Counted from the first letter of the stretch, positions 8,230 to 17,244 are shown. The stretch: 32,000 bases of DNA from Candidatus Saccharimonadota bacterium (GCA_041661045.1 JBAZVE010000001.1:1284578-1316577); one strand, 5' to 3'. Program-made: numbers and translations. Notes: generated by a model from the sequence alone, not told the origin.

Positions 8230-8940
8230 TCAAAGCACGGCGGGGTGCAAATACGCCAAAACTTTAATCTTAACTTTGGGGAGAAGGGCCTTGAGCGCCG
8301 TGAGCGGAAGTGCCGCAATGCTTGATTCCATGGCTTGGATCAAGGGTGCTTTTTCCGGCCCTTTCAAAAGAAGAATGGCGCAGGAAGCTTCTTGCAAAGC
8401 CTGAATGGAAAGGGTGAGTCTTTGGGGTGAAGGTGTGCCCTTTGCCGTCGCGGTGCACGCGTACTCTCGACTCTGCAGCGCCAAGTCGCCTTCAAAAAGT
8501 GAGGCAATGTGTCCATCGCTACCGGCCCCCAAAATCAAACAATCCAGCAGCGGCCTCCCCTCTTGTTTCATGGCCAAGAGTTTTCGATTCATTTCCTGGG
8601 CGGCGGATTCATAAGGGAGCGAAGTGTCGAAGGCTAAAATATTTTCCGGTGGAAGTGGTGCACGACTGAATAAAGTCTTTCGCAGCATGTTTAAATTGCT
8701 TGCTTTGTCATCGCTGGGCACAAAGCGCTCATCCAGCTGGATCATTTTTATTTTCTCCCACGGCAGATCTTCTTCTGCGAGTTTTTTATATAGGGATAGC
8801 GGCGTGGACCCGCCCGCAAGGCCCAAACGGCACTCTTTTTGAGTCCGAAGTACCTCTTTGATGCACAATTTCAAATCTTCCAGGGCTATTTTCTCCCACT
8901 CTTCTTCCGTCTCACAATAGAAAATCCATGGATTTGTCAT
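8230..8940 (-). CDS. pgl: 6-phosphogluconolactonase
   Basis: Has LGLAGGSTP and GAGSDGHIASLFEG motifs. Its ATG shares one base with the zwf stop (TAATG at 8942..8938). Confidence 0.85.
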   Translation of the reverse strand: MTNPWIFYCETEEEWEKIALEDLKLCIKEVLRTQKECRLGLAGGSTPLSLYKKLAEEDLPWEKIKMIQLDERFVPSDDKASNLNMLRKTLFSRAPLPPENILAFDTSLPYESAAQEMNRKLLAMKQEGRPLLDCLILGAGSDGHIASLFEGDLALQSREYACTATAKGTPSPQRLTLSIQALQEASCAILLLKGPEKAPLIQAMESSIAALPLTALKALLPKVKIKVLAYLHPAVL

Positions 8941-10391
8941 TATTGAGGCAGGGCATTAAACCAAGTAAAGCCATCTTTCGCCAAGAGTTCGTCGGCTTGT
9001 TTGGGTCCCAGGCTCCCACAATCGTAGGAATAGAGCTCCGCACATTTTTTAGACTCAATGTCACACCAAGACTGCGCTTTATCCATGACCTGCCATGCTG
9101 CAAAAATTTCTTCAAAGTTGAGGAAGAGTCCATTTTTCCCCGCCACCGCGTCCAAAAGAAGACGGCCATGTTCGCCAATACAATCGCCGCTGCAATAAAT
9201 GGGGCGGCCCGTGGTGAGCGGATGGAAATCAAAAGTTTTTCCACCCAATTTGGTGAGCAAATGAAATTCAATTTTCTCGTAAGGCTGGAGTTGAATCACA
9301 ATTCTGTTGGGCTGCGTGATTCCCGCTTCTTTTTGTACCTGATGTGGCTTGAGCTCCAGCACTACCGCCGTCCACTTTTTTTTGAGGCATTTCCCGCTTC
9401 GAATGAAAATGGGGACCCCTTTCCACAAAGGGTGATCCATGGTCAATTTGAGTGCCGCATAAGTCTCGGTTTGTGAGCTTTCCGGAATTCCTTTTTCTTT
9501 GTTGTAGCCCTTGTATTGTCCGCGCACGATGCAGTCGTGCGGCTTTCCTATTTTAAGCGATTTGAGTACTTTTGCTTTTTCGTGATGAATGGCTTCCGCT
9601 GTTTTTTGTTTGGGCGCGTGCATGGTTAAATAAGCCAAAATTTGGAGGAGGTGCGATTGCACCATGTCTCGCAAAATCCCAACATGATCAAAATAGTTGG
9701 CGCGACCCTCAATATCTTTTTCCTCCAGGGCGGTGATTTGGATATTGCTCACAAATTCCTTACTAAAAAGATTGGTGAGCAAAGAGTTGGCGTAGCGGAG
9801 CGAAAGTAGATTGCTCACCGCTTCCTTGCCCAAATAATGGTCGAGCAAAAAGATTTGTTCCGGTTTAAAAAATTTTTCGAGTTGAGTCTTAAGTGCTTTT
9901 GCCGACTTGAGGTCGTAACCAAAGGGTTTTTCTATAACAAGCCGAAGCGGTGCTTTTTTTGTGTTGAAGCTGACCGCCGCCAAACTCGAGAATATGCCCG
10001 GGAAAACGGAGGGTGGAACGGAAAAATACGCCATGCGCACGCGGCTTGGAGCGTTTTCGACTTCCTTCAACCGTTTGAGCATCGCCTTGTAATCTTCTTT
10101 TTCTTTGTAGTCTCCGGAAAAATAAAAAACATTATCGAGCAGCTTTTTGAGTGTTTTTGGCTCGATGTCTTTTTCATTTTTTTTGATGGCTTCGGCAAAG
10201 CTTTTCCTGAATTCGGCATCCGACATTTTTGTACGAGCGAAGCCGATGATTTTAAAGTCTTTTGGCATCCGTCCTTCCTTGACGAGCTCATACAGTGCCG
10301 GAAAAAGTTTGAGTTTTGCCAAAGATCCGGAGGCTCCAAAGATCACCAATGAAAAATCGTGCTCCGCCATTTGAAATGGAATTTTCTTCAT
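8940..10391 (-). CDS. zwf: Glucose-6-phosphate 1-dehydrogenase
   Basis: Has VIFGASGSLAKLKLFPALYEL and DHYLGKE motifs. Start chosen at ATG 10391 (MKKIPFQ..) because it forms an ATGA overlap with the gnd stop, matching the coupling seen in tal-pgi-tkt. Alternatives are 10397 and the tracked 10454. Confidence 0.88.
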   Translation of the reverse strand: MKKIPFQMAEHDFSLVIFGASGSLAKLKLFPALYELVKEGRMPKDFKIIGFARTKMSDAEFRKSFAEAIKKNEKDIEPKTLKKLLDNVFYFSGDYKEKEDYKAMLKRLKEVENAPSRVRMAYFSVPPSVFPGIFSSLAAVSFNTKKAPLRLVIEKPFGYDLKSAKALKTQLEKFFKPEQIFLLDHYLGKEAVSNLLSLRYANSLLTNLFSKEFVSNIQITALEEKDIEGRANYFDHVGILRDMVQSHLLQILAYLTMHAPKQKTAEAIHHEKAKVLKSLKIGKPHDCIVRGQYKGYNKEKGIPESSQTETYAALKLTMDHPLWKGVPIFIRSGKCLKKKWTAVVLELKPHQVQKEAGITQPNRIVIQLQPYEKIEFHLLTKLGGKTFDFHPLTTGRPIYCSGDCIGEHGRLLLDAVAGKNGLFLNFEEIFAAWQVMDKAQSWCDIESKKCAELYSYDCGSLGPKQADELLAKDGFTWFNALPQ

Positions 10392-11776
10392 ATCCATTGA
10401 GAGTGAAAGTTCCCCGGTTTGTCTCGGCGTTCGTAACCATGTGAACCAAAACAATCTCTAAGCCCTTGAATAAAATGCGCGGGGAGCTCGGCGCTTCGCA
10501 TGCTCTCAAAATGCGTGAGGGCTGCGGAAAGTGCCGGAACCGGAATTGAATTTTGGATGGCGGTGCTCACCACTTTTTTCCAAGATTCATGTGTGGTTTT
10601 TAAAATTTGTTCGGTCCACAGCCCGGAGTAAAGGCTGCCGGAATGGTTGAGTACACCGGAAAAATTTTTGAGCATTTTGGAACGAATGATGCAGCCTCCT
10701 TGCCACACCCGCAACACTTCTTGAAGGTTCAGTTCAAAGCCGTATTCCTTGTTCGCTGCCGCCAAGACGGTGAGTCCCTGCTCAAAATGAGCGATCCTGG
10801 ATGCGATGAGAGCTTTTTCCAAATGCAGCGCGAATTCCGAGACCAGCATCTTGGGTGCGGAGGCTTGTACCGGGTAGCTCTCCGCCAACTTGAGACGGGT
10901 CTCTTTTTGAGACGAGAGTGCTCTGGCAAACACCGCATTGGTGAAGGAGGGCGCGGCAATGCCAAGCTGCAGCGCTTCTTCGCTGCTCCAGCGACCCGTT
11001 CCCTTTTGTTCCGCTCTGTCTAGAATGAGCTCCAATAAAAACTGTCCGTCTTCTTTTTTTTGTAAAAGCTCCACACTGATATCCAATAAGAACGAATCCA
11101 AATCTCCCTTTTTCCATCCTTCAAAAATTTCTGCGATTTCTTCCTGGCCGAGTTGAAACAAAGATTTTAATAAGTCATAGGCTTCCGCCAAGGCCTGCAT
11201 TTCCGCGTACTCGATGCCATTGTGAATCATTTTTATGTAATGCCCCGCACCCCCTTTGCCCATGTATGCGGTGCAGGCGTGTCCATCAAAATCTTCGGCT
11301 GCAATGGCTTTTAAAATATCGGCGAATTCTTCGTAAGCCTCTCGACTTCCTCCCGGCATGAGGCTTGGACCGTTTAAGGCCCCCTGCTCCCCTCCCGAGA
11401 TTCCGCATCCCAAAAGATGAATGCCCTCCGCTTCATATTCAGCAATCCAGGACTCCGTATCCGCGAAAAAAGAATTTCCTCCTTCCAAAACAGCGTCCCC
11501 CTGCCGTAGCGTTTCTTTGAGTTGAATCAGCATTTCTTCAACGGCTTGTCCGGCGGGAACCATGAGGATGATTCTTCTGGGCTCCTGAATGCTCTCCACA
11601 AAATCTTCAAAGTTTTCGGCTCCGTAAAAATCTTCCGTGCCGTAAGTATTTATAAAATTCACCACTTTTTCGTGCGTGCGATTCCATACGCTCACTTTAA
11701 AGCCATGCTTTGCGATGTTTCGAGCTAGAGCAGAGCCCATGGTCCCAAGACCAATGAGTCCGATGTGGGATGACAT
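10388..11776 (-). CDS. gnd: 6-phosphogluconate dehydrogenase, decarboxylating
   Basis: 462 aa with an IGLIGLGTMGSALARNIAKHGF NADP-binding N terminus and typical full-length Gnd layout. Confidence 0.92.
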   Translation of the reverse strand: MSSHIGLIGLGTMGSALARNIAKHGFKVSVWNRTHEKVVNFINTYGTEDFYGAENFEDFVESIQEPRRIILMVPAGQAVEEMLIQLKETLRQGDAVLEGGNSFFADTESWIAEYEAEGIHLLGCGISGGEQGALNGPSLMPGGSREAYEEFADILKAIAAEDFDGHACTAYMGKGGAGHYIKMIHNGIEYAEMQALAEAYDLLKSLFQLGQEEIAEIFEGWKKGDLDSFLLDISVELLQKKEDGQFLLELILDRAEQKGTGRWSSEEALQLGIAAPSFTNAVFARALSSQKETRLKLAESYPVQASAPKMLVSEFALHLEKALIASRIAHFEQGLTVLAAANKEYGFELNLQEVLRVWQGGCIIRSKMLKNFSGVLNHSGSLYSGLWTEQILKTTHESWKKVVSTAIQNSIPVPALSAALTHFESMRSAELPAHFIQGLRDCFGSHGYERRDKPGNFHSQWI

Positions 11777-11788
11777 GATGGAGGGGTG

Positions 11789-12463
11789 TTATTGCGCGTC
11801 CGGCGCGGGCGCTTCTATAATTTCGGCATCCGTTTTTTCCAAAGACACTTCTCGAAGCTTGATGAGTACCGATTGGATGCTGAGCAAAGCGACTTGGCGA
11901 ACTTTGTCTTCGGAGAAATCCAGGCCGTGTCTTTGCAAGTATTCTTCTAGGGCAAATTGAAGGAGATCCAGAATGAGTGATTTGAGTTTTTGATCCGGCG
12001 TGAGCACGGTTTGTAGTGTTTTCCCCGGGAGACGGAGACCCGCATCCAAAATGGCTTTTCCCCATGCGTTGAGCTCTTGTTTGATTTCCTGAGGGATGAA
12101 GGCTTCTCCCGGCACAGCAGCCAGTGCTGAATCGTTTGGTAAAGGCGCGTCTCCGAATTCTTGCATGATTTCTTTTTCCATTTCCGGGTCCGCAATGGAA
12201 AGTGCGGCTAAAATAAAGGCGCCCGGAACATTCTCTTGCAAGAGTTTCACCACCAAAAATACGATATCGGCTTTTGCGGGATCTTTCATAAAGCGCATCA
12301 ATATTTTTGCCAATTTGTCCTCTTGTTTTTTCTGAGCCGCCTGATTGCCACTCATGTTTTTAATGGCCCGTGCGTTCTCACGCATTTGTTCTTGAAACTG
12401 TTCGTTGGATTCGGGACCTCCGTTTCCCTGTGTATCAAGACCGAAAAAGGATTCTAAAGACAT
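11789..12463 (-). CDS. Hypothetical acidic protein
   Basis: 224-aa ORF, 12 nt upstream of gnd on the same strand. No motif recognised. Confidence 0.6.
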   Translation of the reverse strand: MSLESFFGLDTQGNGGPESNEQFQEQMRENARAIKNMSGNQAAQKKQEDKLAKILMRFMKDPAKADIVFLVVKLLQENVPGAFILAALSIADPEMEKEIMQEFGDAPLPNDSALAAVPGEAFIPQEIKQELNAWGKAILDAGLRLPGKTLQTVLTPDQKLKSLILDLLQFALEEYLQRHGLDFSEDKVRQVALLSIQSVLIKLREVSLEKTDAEIIEAPAPDAQ

Positions 12464-12478
12464 AATGAAGAGGGCGCT

Positions 12479-12742
12479 TTATTTACTGAGTTTTTTTGCA
12501 ATAAAGTTGTAGAGGGAGACCAAAATATAGGTTCCCAAGAATCCATCCAGAAAGCCCCAAAGCAAACCGATGAAGGCGCCTGTAGCTGTGATTTCGTACG
12601 CGGGATACCACTCCATAACGAGTTCCAAAGAAGAGACCCCCATGCCCCATTGAAGGGCGATTAAAGTCCAAAGCAAAAGGCCTACTCCCCAAAGAAGTCC
12701 GACTGAAAGGGCGGCAGCGAGCGTGTTGAGTTGGTTTTTCAT
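12479..12742 (-). CDS. Small integral membrane protein
   Basis: Start moved to ATG 12742 (MKNQLNTLAAALSVGLLWGVGLLLW..). Three hydrophobic segments. The tracked 5' extension would run through the rpmA terminator region. Confidence 0.6.
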   Translation of the reverse strand: MKNQLNTLAAALSVGLLWGVGLLLWTLIALQWGMGVSSLELVMEWYPAYEITATGAFIGLLWGFLDGFLGTYILVSLYNFIAKKLSK

Positions 12743-12764
12743 AGTGGCGGGGTTATAAAAAACT

Positions 12765-12786
12765 AAAAAAACTATCCGGAGGATAG
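12765..12786 (-). terminator. Weak Rho-independent terminator after rpmA
   Basis: 6-bp stem CTATCC/GGATAG (12772-12777 / 12781-12786) with a 3-nt loop. Flanked by A7 (12765-12771), which gives U7 on the minus strand, and by a T-run on the + side. Confidence 0.4.
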
Positions 12787-12817
12787 CTTTTTTTGTATTG
12801 AAAGGCAAACCGGCTTT

Positions 12818-13096
12818 TTACGCCGCGGTCACATGAACCAAAGTGTTGTAGTGAGTGCTTCCATCGAATTTCTTCTGTCTCTTTTCAGTGAAAGCCACTT
12901 TCCCGTCGGTGAGTGCGAACAAAGTCCAATCCCGTCCGGTTCCCACATTCTCTCCGGGGTGCCATTTGGTTCCCTTTTGGCGAACAATAATAGAACCCGC
13001 ACTCACAAATTCACCCGCAAAGCGTTTGATTCCAAGGCGTTTCGCCTGCGAATCTCTTCCGTTTTTACTCGATCCTCCAGCTTTCTTGGTTGACAT
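12818..13096 (-). CDS. rpmA: 50S ribosomal protein L27
   Basis: [52 protein letters not shown] is a canonical L27 sequence. Confidence 0.95.
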   Translation of the reverse strand: MSTKKAGGSSKNGRDSQAKRLGIKRFAGEFVSAGSIIVRQKGTKWHPGENVGTGRDWTLFALTDGKVAFTEKRQKKFDGSTHYNTLVHVTAA

Positions 13097-13204
13097 ATAC
13101 TTTAGAGATAATAGGTGGTCTGAGCCACTTGCTGCGGTATTCTACTCAAAAGCCCCCCTCGATGCAAGCTTTTTTCCGAACTGTTTTTCTTTTATACTGA
13201 TTCC

Positions 13205-14284
13205 ATGAATTTCTCCACAGAAGAACGGGCCGAAATAAGCAAGGGTTTACTCCGGTGGTTTGCCACGCACCAGCGCCCCCTTCCCTGGAGAAAGCACTAT
13301 GCGCCGTATGAGGTTTGGATATCGGAGATCATGCTTCAACAGACGCAGGTGGCCACCATGCTCCCCTACTTTAATCGATGGATGAAGGCTTTACCGAGCA
13401 TCAAGGCGGTGGCTCAGGCCAGGGAGGAGGACTTGATTAAACTCTGGGAGGGGCTGGGGTATTACAGCCGGGTTAAAAACATTCACAAGGCGGCGCGGAT
13501 TTTGGTGGAGAAAAATGAGGGGCGTTTTTTTGAGAAATATGAGGATATTGTGAAACTTCCCGGCATTGGGCCCTACACTGCGGCGGCCATCTGCAGCATT
13601 GCCTTTGAGCAGGATTTCCCCGTGGTGGACGGGAATGTTGTACGAGTGCTCTCTCGCTTGGGCGATTTTAGGGAGGATGTCCGATATTTTAAGAAGGCGT
13701 TTTGGGAGGAGGCCGGGCGCTTTCTCCCCAAGGGGCAGGCTCGGGCCTTCAACCAGGCGCTGATGGAATTTGGCGCATTGCAATGCACTCCAAAGAGTCC
13801 CGCCTGTTCCAAATGTCCGCTCCAAAGCCTTTGCAAGGCGGCGGCCAGCGGAACTCAGGAGTTTTTGCCGAACAAAGGCCCCTCTTCTTCTAAGATTCCC
13901 ATCCAGGTGGTGATTGCGGTGATCACTAAAAATGGGAAGGTTTTCGTCCAAAAACGACGCGATACCGGGCTCATGGCCGGACTTTGGGAATTTCCCGGAG
14001 GACAGGTGGAAAACGGTGAAACTCTGGAGGAGGCGCTGCATCGAGAAATTGAGGAAGAACTGGCTATTCGGGTGAAAAATCTGCGTTTTTTTATGAACAT
14101 TAAGCATGCCTACACCAAATACACCGTCGATTTACACTGTTTTTTGGCCGATTTTGACAGCGGCACGGTGAACTTGAATGCCGCGAGTGAGAGCCGGTGG
14201 CTGAAGCCGGAGCAGCTGAGTCAACTCGCCTTCCCCGCCGCCAATGTCAAACTCATTCATAAATTGCTTTCTTTTCGCAAATAA
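13205..14284 (+). CDS. mutY: A/G-specific adenine DNA glycosylase MutY
   Basis: Has EIMLQQTQV, GLGYYSRVKN and LPGIGPYTAAAI (HhH-GPD) motifs, an Fe-S cluster loop CTPKSPACSKCPLQSLC (Cx6Cx2Cx5C) and a C-terminal NUDIX-like domain (GLWEFPGG). Confidence 0.9.
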   Translation: MNFSTEERAEISKGLLRWFATHQRPLPWRKHYAPYEVWISEIMLQQTQVATMLPYFNRWMKALPSIKAVAQAREEDLIKLWEGLGYYSRVKNIHKAARILVEKNEGRFFEKYEDIVKLPGIGPYTAAAICSIAFEQDFPVVDGNVVRVLSRLGDFREDVRYFKKAFWEEAGRFLPKGQARAFNQALMEFGALQCTPKSPACSKCPLQSLCKAAASGTQEFLPNKGPSSSKIPIQVVIAVITKNGKVFVQKRRDTGLMAGLWEFPGGQVENGETLEEALHREIEEELAIRVKNLRFFMNIKHAYTKYTVDLHCFLADFDSGTVNLNAASESRWLKPEQLSQLAFPAANVKLIHKLLSFRK

Positions 14285-14293
14285 GGGGGTAGA

Positions 14294-14521
14294 ATGATCC
14301 TTAAGTTTGATGAGCCTATGCCTAGAACCCTCGATCTGTCCTATCCTCCCGTTGAGCACCATCTCCCTTTGGTGCACGAGGTGATGGCTGCGCCCGTACA
14401 CACGGTCACAAGTGGTGTAGGGAAAGCGGTTCAAGTTCTTTTGCGTTTTTTAGATTGGAAGAGAAGTCGTGGAGATGATGACACAAAGTTTCGGACTGAG
14501 AACCTTCGCAACCTCGAATAA
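14294..14521 (+). CDS. Hypothetical small protein (uncertain)
   Basis: 75-aa ORF 9 nt after mutY, preceded by GGGGG four nt upstream of the ATG. No motif recognised. Confidence 0.3.
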   Translation: MILKFDEPMPRTLDLSYPPVEHHLPLVHEVMAAPVHTVTSGVGKAVQVLLRFLDWKRSRGDDDTKFRTENLRNLE

Positions 14522-14556
14522 AGCCCCCTTCCACCCTTCCTTCCCAACCTGTTTTG

Positions 14557-14565
14557 TGTTATAAT
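14557..14565 (+). promoter_or_regulatory. Extended -10 promoter element (TGTTATAAT)
   Basis: TG at 14557-14558 and TATAAT at 14560-14565, with 6 nt to ATG 14572. This geometry fits a leaderless transcript. Confidence 0.4.
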
Positions 14566-14571
14566 GGTGAG

Positions 14572-16041
14572 ATGATTTTTGAAATGCAAAAAATACTCTC
14601 ACTTCTGCTGGTGTTCTCTCTCTTCCTTGGCCCCGTCGCGCAGCCGCGCTTGGCACGGGCCGAGGAGCCGATTTCCACTGAAACCCTCACGGAAATCGTG
14701 CAAGAGAGCTCTTTGCTGCTCCAACTCAAGCAAAAGTTGGCGCAAATGCAGTACCGGTACACCCTTTTTGAACAAAATGTGGAACAGGCCAAGGTGCATC
14801 TCATCGAAATCGATGCCGCCATCACGAACCTGGAAATGATCGTGGATAGCTTGAATAATCAGATCCATGACAATAAAAAGCAGGTGACCAGCGTGAAGAC
14901 GCAAAAAGAACGAAAAAGTATGGATATTGAGGATTTGGAGGAGGAAGTGCAAATTTTGGAGTTCAAAGTCGCCGACCAAAAGAAACTGGTGGGAGAACTG
15001 ATGTCTTTGATCTATTTGAAACGAGAGATTTATTACACCGATGATGAAGTCAATCCTGTGAAATTGCTGGCCAGCCCGGGCAGTGTTTCGGAAACCCTGC
15101 AAAACCTCACTTATTTGGAGTTGGTGGAAGAAGAAAACAAGGTCCAGATAGAAACCATGAATTCCCTCACTGAGGATTTGGCGGAAAAGTGGGCGGAACT
15201 CCGCACGCGGAAGGCTGAATTGGACCAAGTGGATTTGGAGCTTGCGGATGAACAAGACCGGCTGATCGCCGAGCGGCATGCTCAGGAAGAACTTTTGAAT
15301 GAGACCCAGGCTGAAAAAACACTTTTGGAGGGCATGCTGTCTTCATCGGATGATAAGAAAGAGGACCTTTTGAAGGATATTGAAATTTATCGACAAAATG
15401 TGGCGAGCATGGAGGAAAAGTTGAGAGGTATGAATGCCCTCCTCACGGAAGATCAACAGACTACCGTGGCTCAAATTGAAGCGGATATGGCGGCAAACTT
15501 TGATGCCAATGCCGCCTCCGCCTTCCTGCAACTGGATTGGCCCGTTTCTCCTGGAACCGGCCTCACCGCCTTCTTTGATGACGGCGGCTACAAAGAACTC
15601 TTTGGAGTGGCTCACGGGGCTCTGGACATCCGCGCCAAACAAGGCAGTCCCATTTCCGCTCCCGCCGATGGAGTGGTGAGCAGCGTGGTTTATGACGCCA
15701 ATTCCACAAACTATGCTTACATTCAAATTGCCCACCGCATGGGTGTGATGACCGTTTACGGACACATCTCCGCCCCTGCTGTTTCCAGTGGGGATTATGT
15801 CACTCGCGGACAAATCATCGGAACCACCGGAGCCATGCCCGGCAGTGTGGGCGCCGGAGTCCGCACCACCGGACCTCACCTCCACTTTGAAGTCTGGCAA
15901 GATGGCATCCGCGTCGATCCCCTCCGCTACCTCTCTCTCGACGAAGTCCCCATGGACTCCCTGCCCGAACAGTATTTGGACCAAGTCCAAAACGCCCTGG
16001 AAGAACAAATCCGTGAAATCCAGGACGCGATTGGACTTTAA
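14572..16041 (+). CDS. M23-family metallopeptidase with long N-terminal coiled coil (EnvC-like)
   Basis: Signal-like N terminus (MQKILSLLLVFSLFLGP), about 300 aa of heptad-rich Glu/Lys/Leu sequence, then HGALDI (HxxxD) and GPHLHFEV (HxH). The start could be 14572 or 14584. Confidence 0.85.
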   Translation: MIFEMQKILSLLLVFSLFLGPVAQPRLARAEEPISTETLTEIVQESSLLLQLKQKLAQMQYRYTLFEQNVEQAKVHLIEIDAAITNLEMIVDSLNNQIHDNKKQVTSVKTQKERKSMDIEDLEEEVQILEFKVADQKKLVGELMSLIYLKREIYYTDDEVNPVKLLASPGSVSETLQNLTYLELVEEENKVQIETMNSLTEDLAEKWAELRTRKAELDQVDLELADEQDRLIAERHAQEELLNETQAEKTLLEGMLSSSDDKKEDLLKDIEIYRQNVASMEEKLRGMNALLTEDQQTTVAQIEADMAANFDANAASAFLQLDWPVSPGTGLTAFFDDGGYKELFGVAHGALDIRAKQGSPISAPADGVVSSVVYDANSTNYAYIQIAHRMGVMTVYGHISAPAVSSGDYVTRGQIIGTTGAMPGSVGAGVRTTGPHLHFEVWQDGIRVDPLRYLSLDEVPMDSLPEQYLDQVQNALEEQIREIQDAIGL

Positions 16042-16088
16042 AAGCTGACTTTGATACACTCAAACTACTTTCGGGATTTTCCCGCGAC

Positions 16089-16130
16089 CCCTCCCAGAAA
16101 TGGGAGGGACATATTTTTATTTAATTTTTT
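16089..16130 (+). terminator. Rho-independent terminator after the M23 peptidase gene
   Basis: Perfect 8-bp stem CCCTCCCA/TGGGAGGG (16089-16096 / 16101-16108) with a GAAA loop, followed by the T-rich tract ATATTTTTATTTAATTTTTT. Confidence 0.7.
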
Positions 16131-16137
16131 GTATCAA

Positions 16138-16166
16138 TTGACTTTAGGCTCCCAATTGATTAGATT
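16138..16166 (+). promoter_or_regulatory. Putative promoter of tRNA-Gln
   Basis: TTGACT (16138-16143), 17-nt spacer, TAGATT (16161-16166), about 40 nt upstream of the tRNA 5' end. Confidence 0.4.
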
Positions 16167-16206
16167 TTCTCCGCTAAACGAACCCGAAGGGTTTGCTAAG
16201 CAAAGA

Positions 16207-16281
16207 TGGGGGTTCGCCAAGTGGTAAGGCACCGGGTTTTGGTCCCGGCATTCGGGGGTTCGAGTCCCTCACCCCCAGCCA
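16207..16281 (+). tRNA. tRNA-Gln (anticodon UUG), CCA encoded
   Basis: Hand-folded cloverleaf. Acceptor TGGGGGT/ACCCCCA with U1-A72 and G73. D arm GCC(A)/(A)GGC with loop AGTGGTA. Anticodon stem CCGGG/CCCGG with loop TTTTGGT. Variable loop CATTC. T arm GGGGG/CCCTC with loop TTCGAGT. 75 nt including the terminal CCA. Confidence 0.9.
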
Positions 16282-16307
16282 ACACTTCATTAACAAATGA
16301 TAAAAAT

Positions 16308-16697
16308 ATGGCACCTAAGGGTAGAGCTAATCAGGCCCCAGATTCGGATGAGGATTTTGTAGGGGCTTTTCGTGTCCCCCCGATTCAAGATCCTGATCAA
16401 TGGAGGAATTGGCAAGATCAAAATGCTGACCAGATTAGAGCTGGCATAGCAGGAGTAAAGGCTAGACTAAAGGGAGAATTTACTGCGTGGCAGCGTCAGT
16501 TGTGGAGCGCACCCCCACCTGACCCTGACTTCGAAAAAATGGCCTTTGATGGAGCGTCTCAATTGCCTCAAGAGGAGCGGGACAGGCAAGCAAATATTCC
16601 CCCTGAGGCTACTGCACGGGTGAGAGCGTTCTGGGAGGAGAATCATGAACGCCTACTTGCTGAGCAAGATGCACTAGATCAAGAGGAAGATGATTAA
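16308..16697 (+). CDS. Hypothetical acidic protein
   Basis: Start moved to ATG 16308 (MAPKGRANQ..) because the tracked start at 16206 lies inside the tRNA. 129 aa, Asp/Glu/Gln/Pro-rich, no motif recognised. Confidence 0.55.
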   Translation: MAPKGRANQAPDSDEDFVGAFRVPPIQDPDQWRNWQDQNADQIRAGIAGVKARLKGEFTAWQRQLWSAPPPDPDFEKMAFDGASQLPQEERDRQANIPPEATARVRAFWEENHERLLAEQDALDQEEDD

Positions 16698-16746
16698 AGG
16701 GTACTAGACCCATTTAGCCAGCCAAACTTCCTAATCTTATATTCTT

Positions 16747-17244
16747 ATGAAGAAATATGTATTCATTCTCGGCCTCTTTTTAATTACAACGGGATGTGCA
16801 ACGCAAACAGAAGCTGATCCACAGGGGGTAATACTCGATGCCGGTGATTTTACGATACTTGCACCTTCAGATTGGGCCTTTATCCCCAAAATGGGCATTG
16901 ACTCCACGGTTGGGCAGTTCTCTGATGGTGAAATGACTTTGATTTTTGATTATGGAGTCAATGCTGGCGTTTACTCCAATAATTCCGTCTATTTTGAAGA
17001 TCCATCTGCTTATACGGTTACCCAAGAAATCATTGATGGATTTGAAGCGAAAATATATGTTCCCAATGAAGCGAATGCGGAGAAACCTACGGTGTTGTCC
17101 ATTGAAAACATCAATGATGTCAAACCTTGTACCGAAGAAGTTTGCGTACTCAATCAGGAGGATTTCCAAATGCTGGGAGATGGTTTAAATGAAGAGCAAA
17201 TGGCTCTGGCACTTCAAATTTTTAGGTCAGTTGACTTTAAATAG
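16747..17244 (+). CDS. Hypothetical lipoprotein
   Basis: Lipobox MKKYVFILGLFLITTGC. No family recognised. Confidence 0.65.
   Translation: MKKYVFILGLFLITTGCATQTEADPQGVILDAGDFTILAPSDWAFIPKMGIDSTVGQFSDGEMTLIFDYGVNAGVYSNNSVYFEDPSAYTVTQEIIDGFEAKIYVPNEANAEKPTVLSIENINDVKPCTEEVCVLNQEDFQMLGDGLNEEQMALALQIFRSVDFK

Noticed and set aside
10392-10454. Longer zwf start (tracked 10454, MFWFTWLRTPRQ..)
   Set aside because: The extension overlaps the conserved C terminus of gnd by up to 67 nt and is not G6PD-like. ATG 10391 gives an ATGA coupling and a normal distance to the GASG nucleotide-binding motif.
16206-16307. 5' part of the tracked 163-aa ORF starting at 16206
   Set aside because: It is read straight through the tRNA-Gln gene. 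The real ORF most plausibly begins at ATG 16308.
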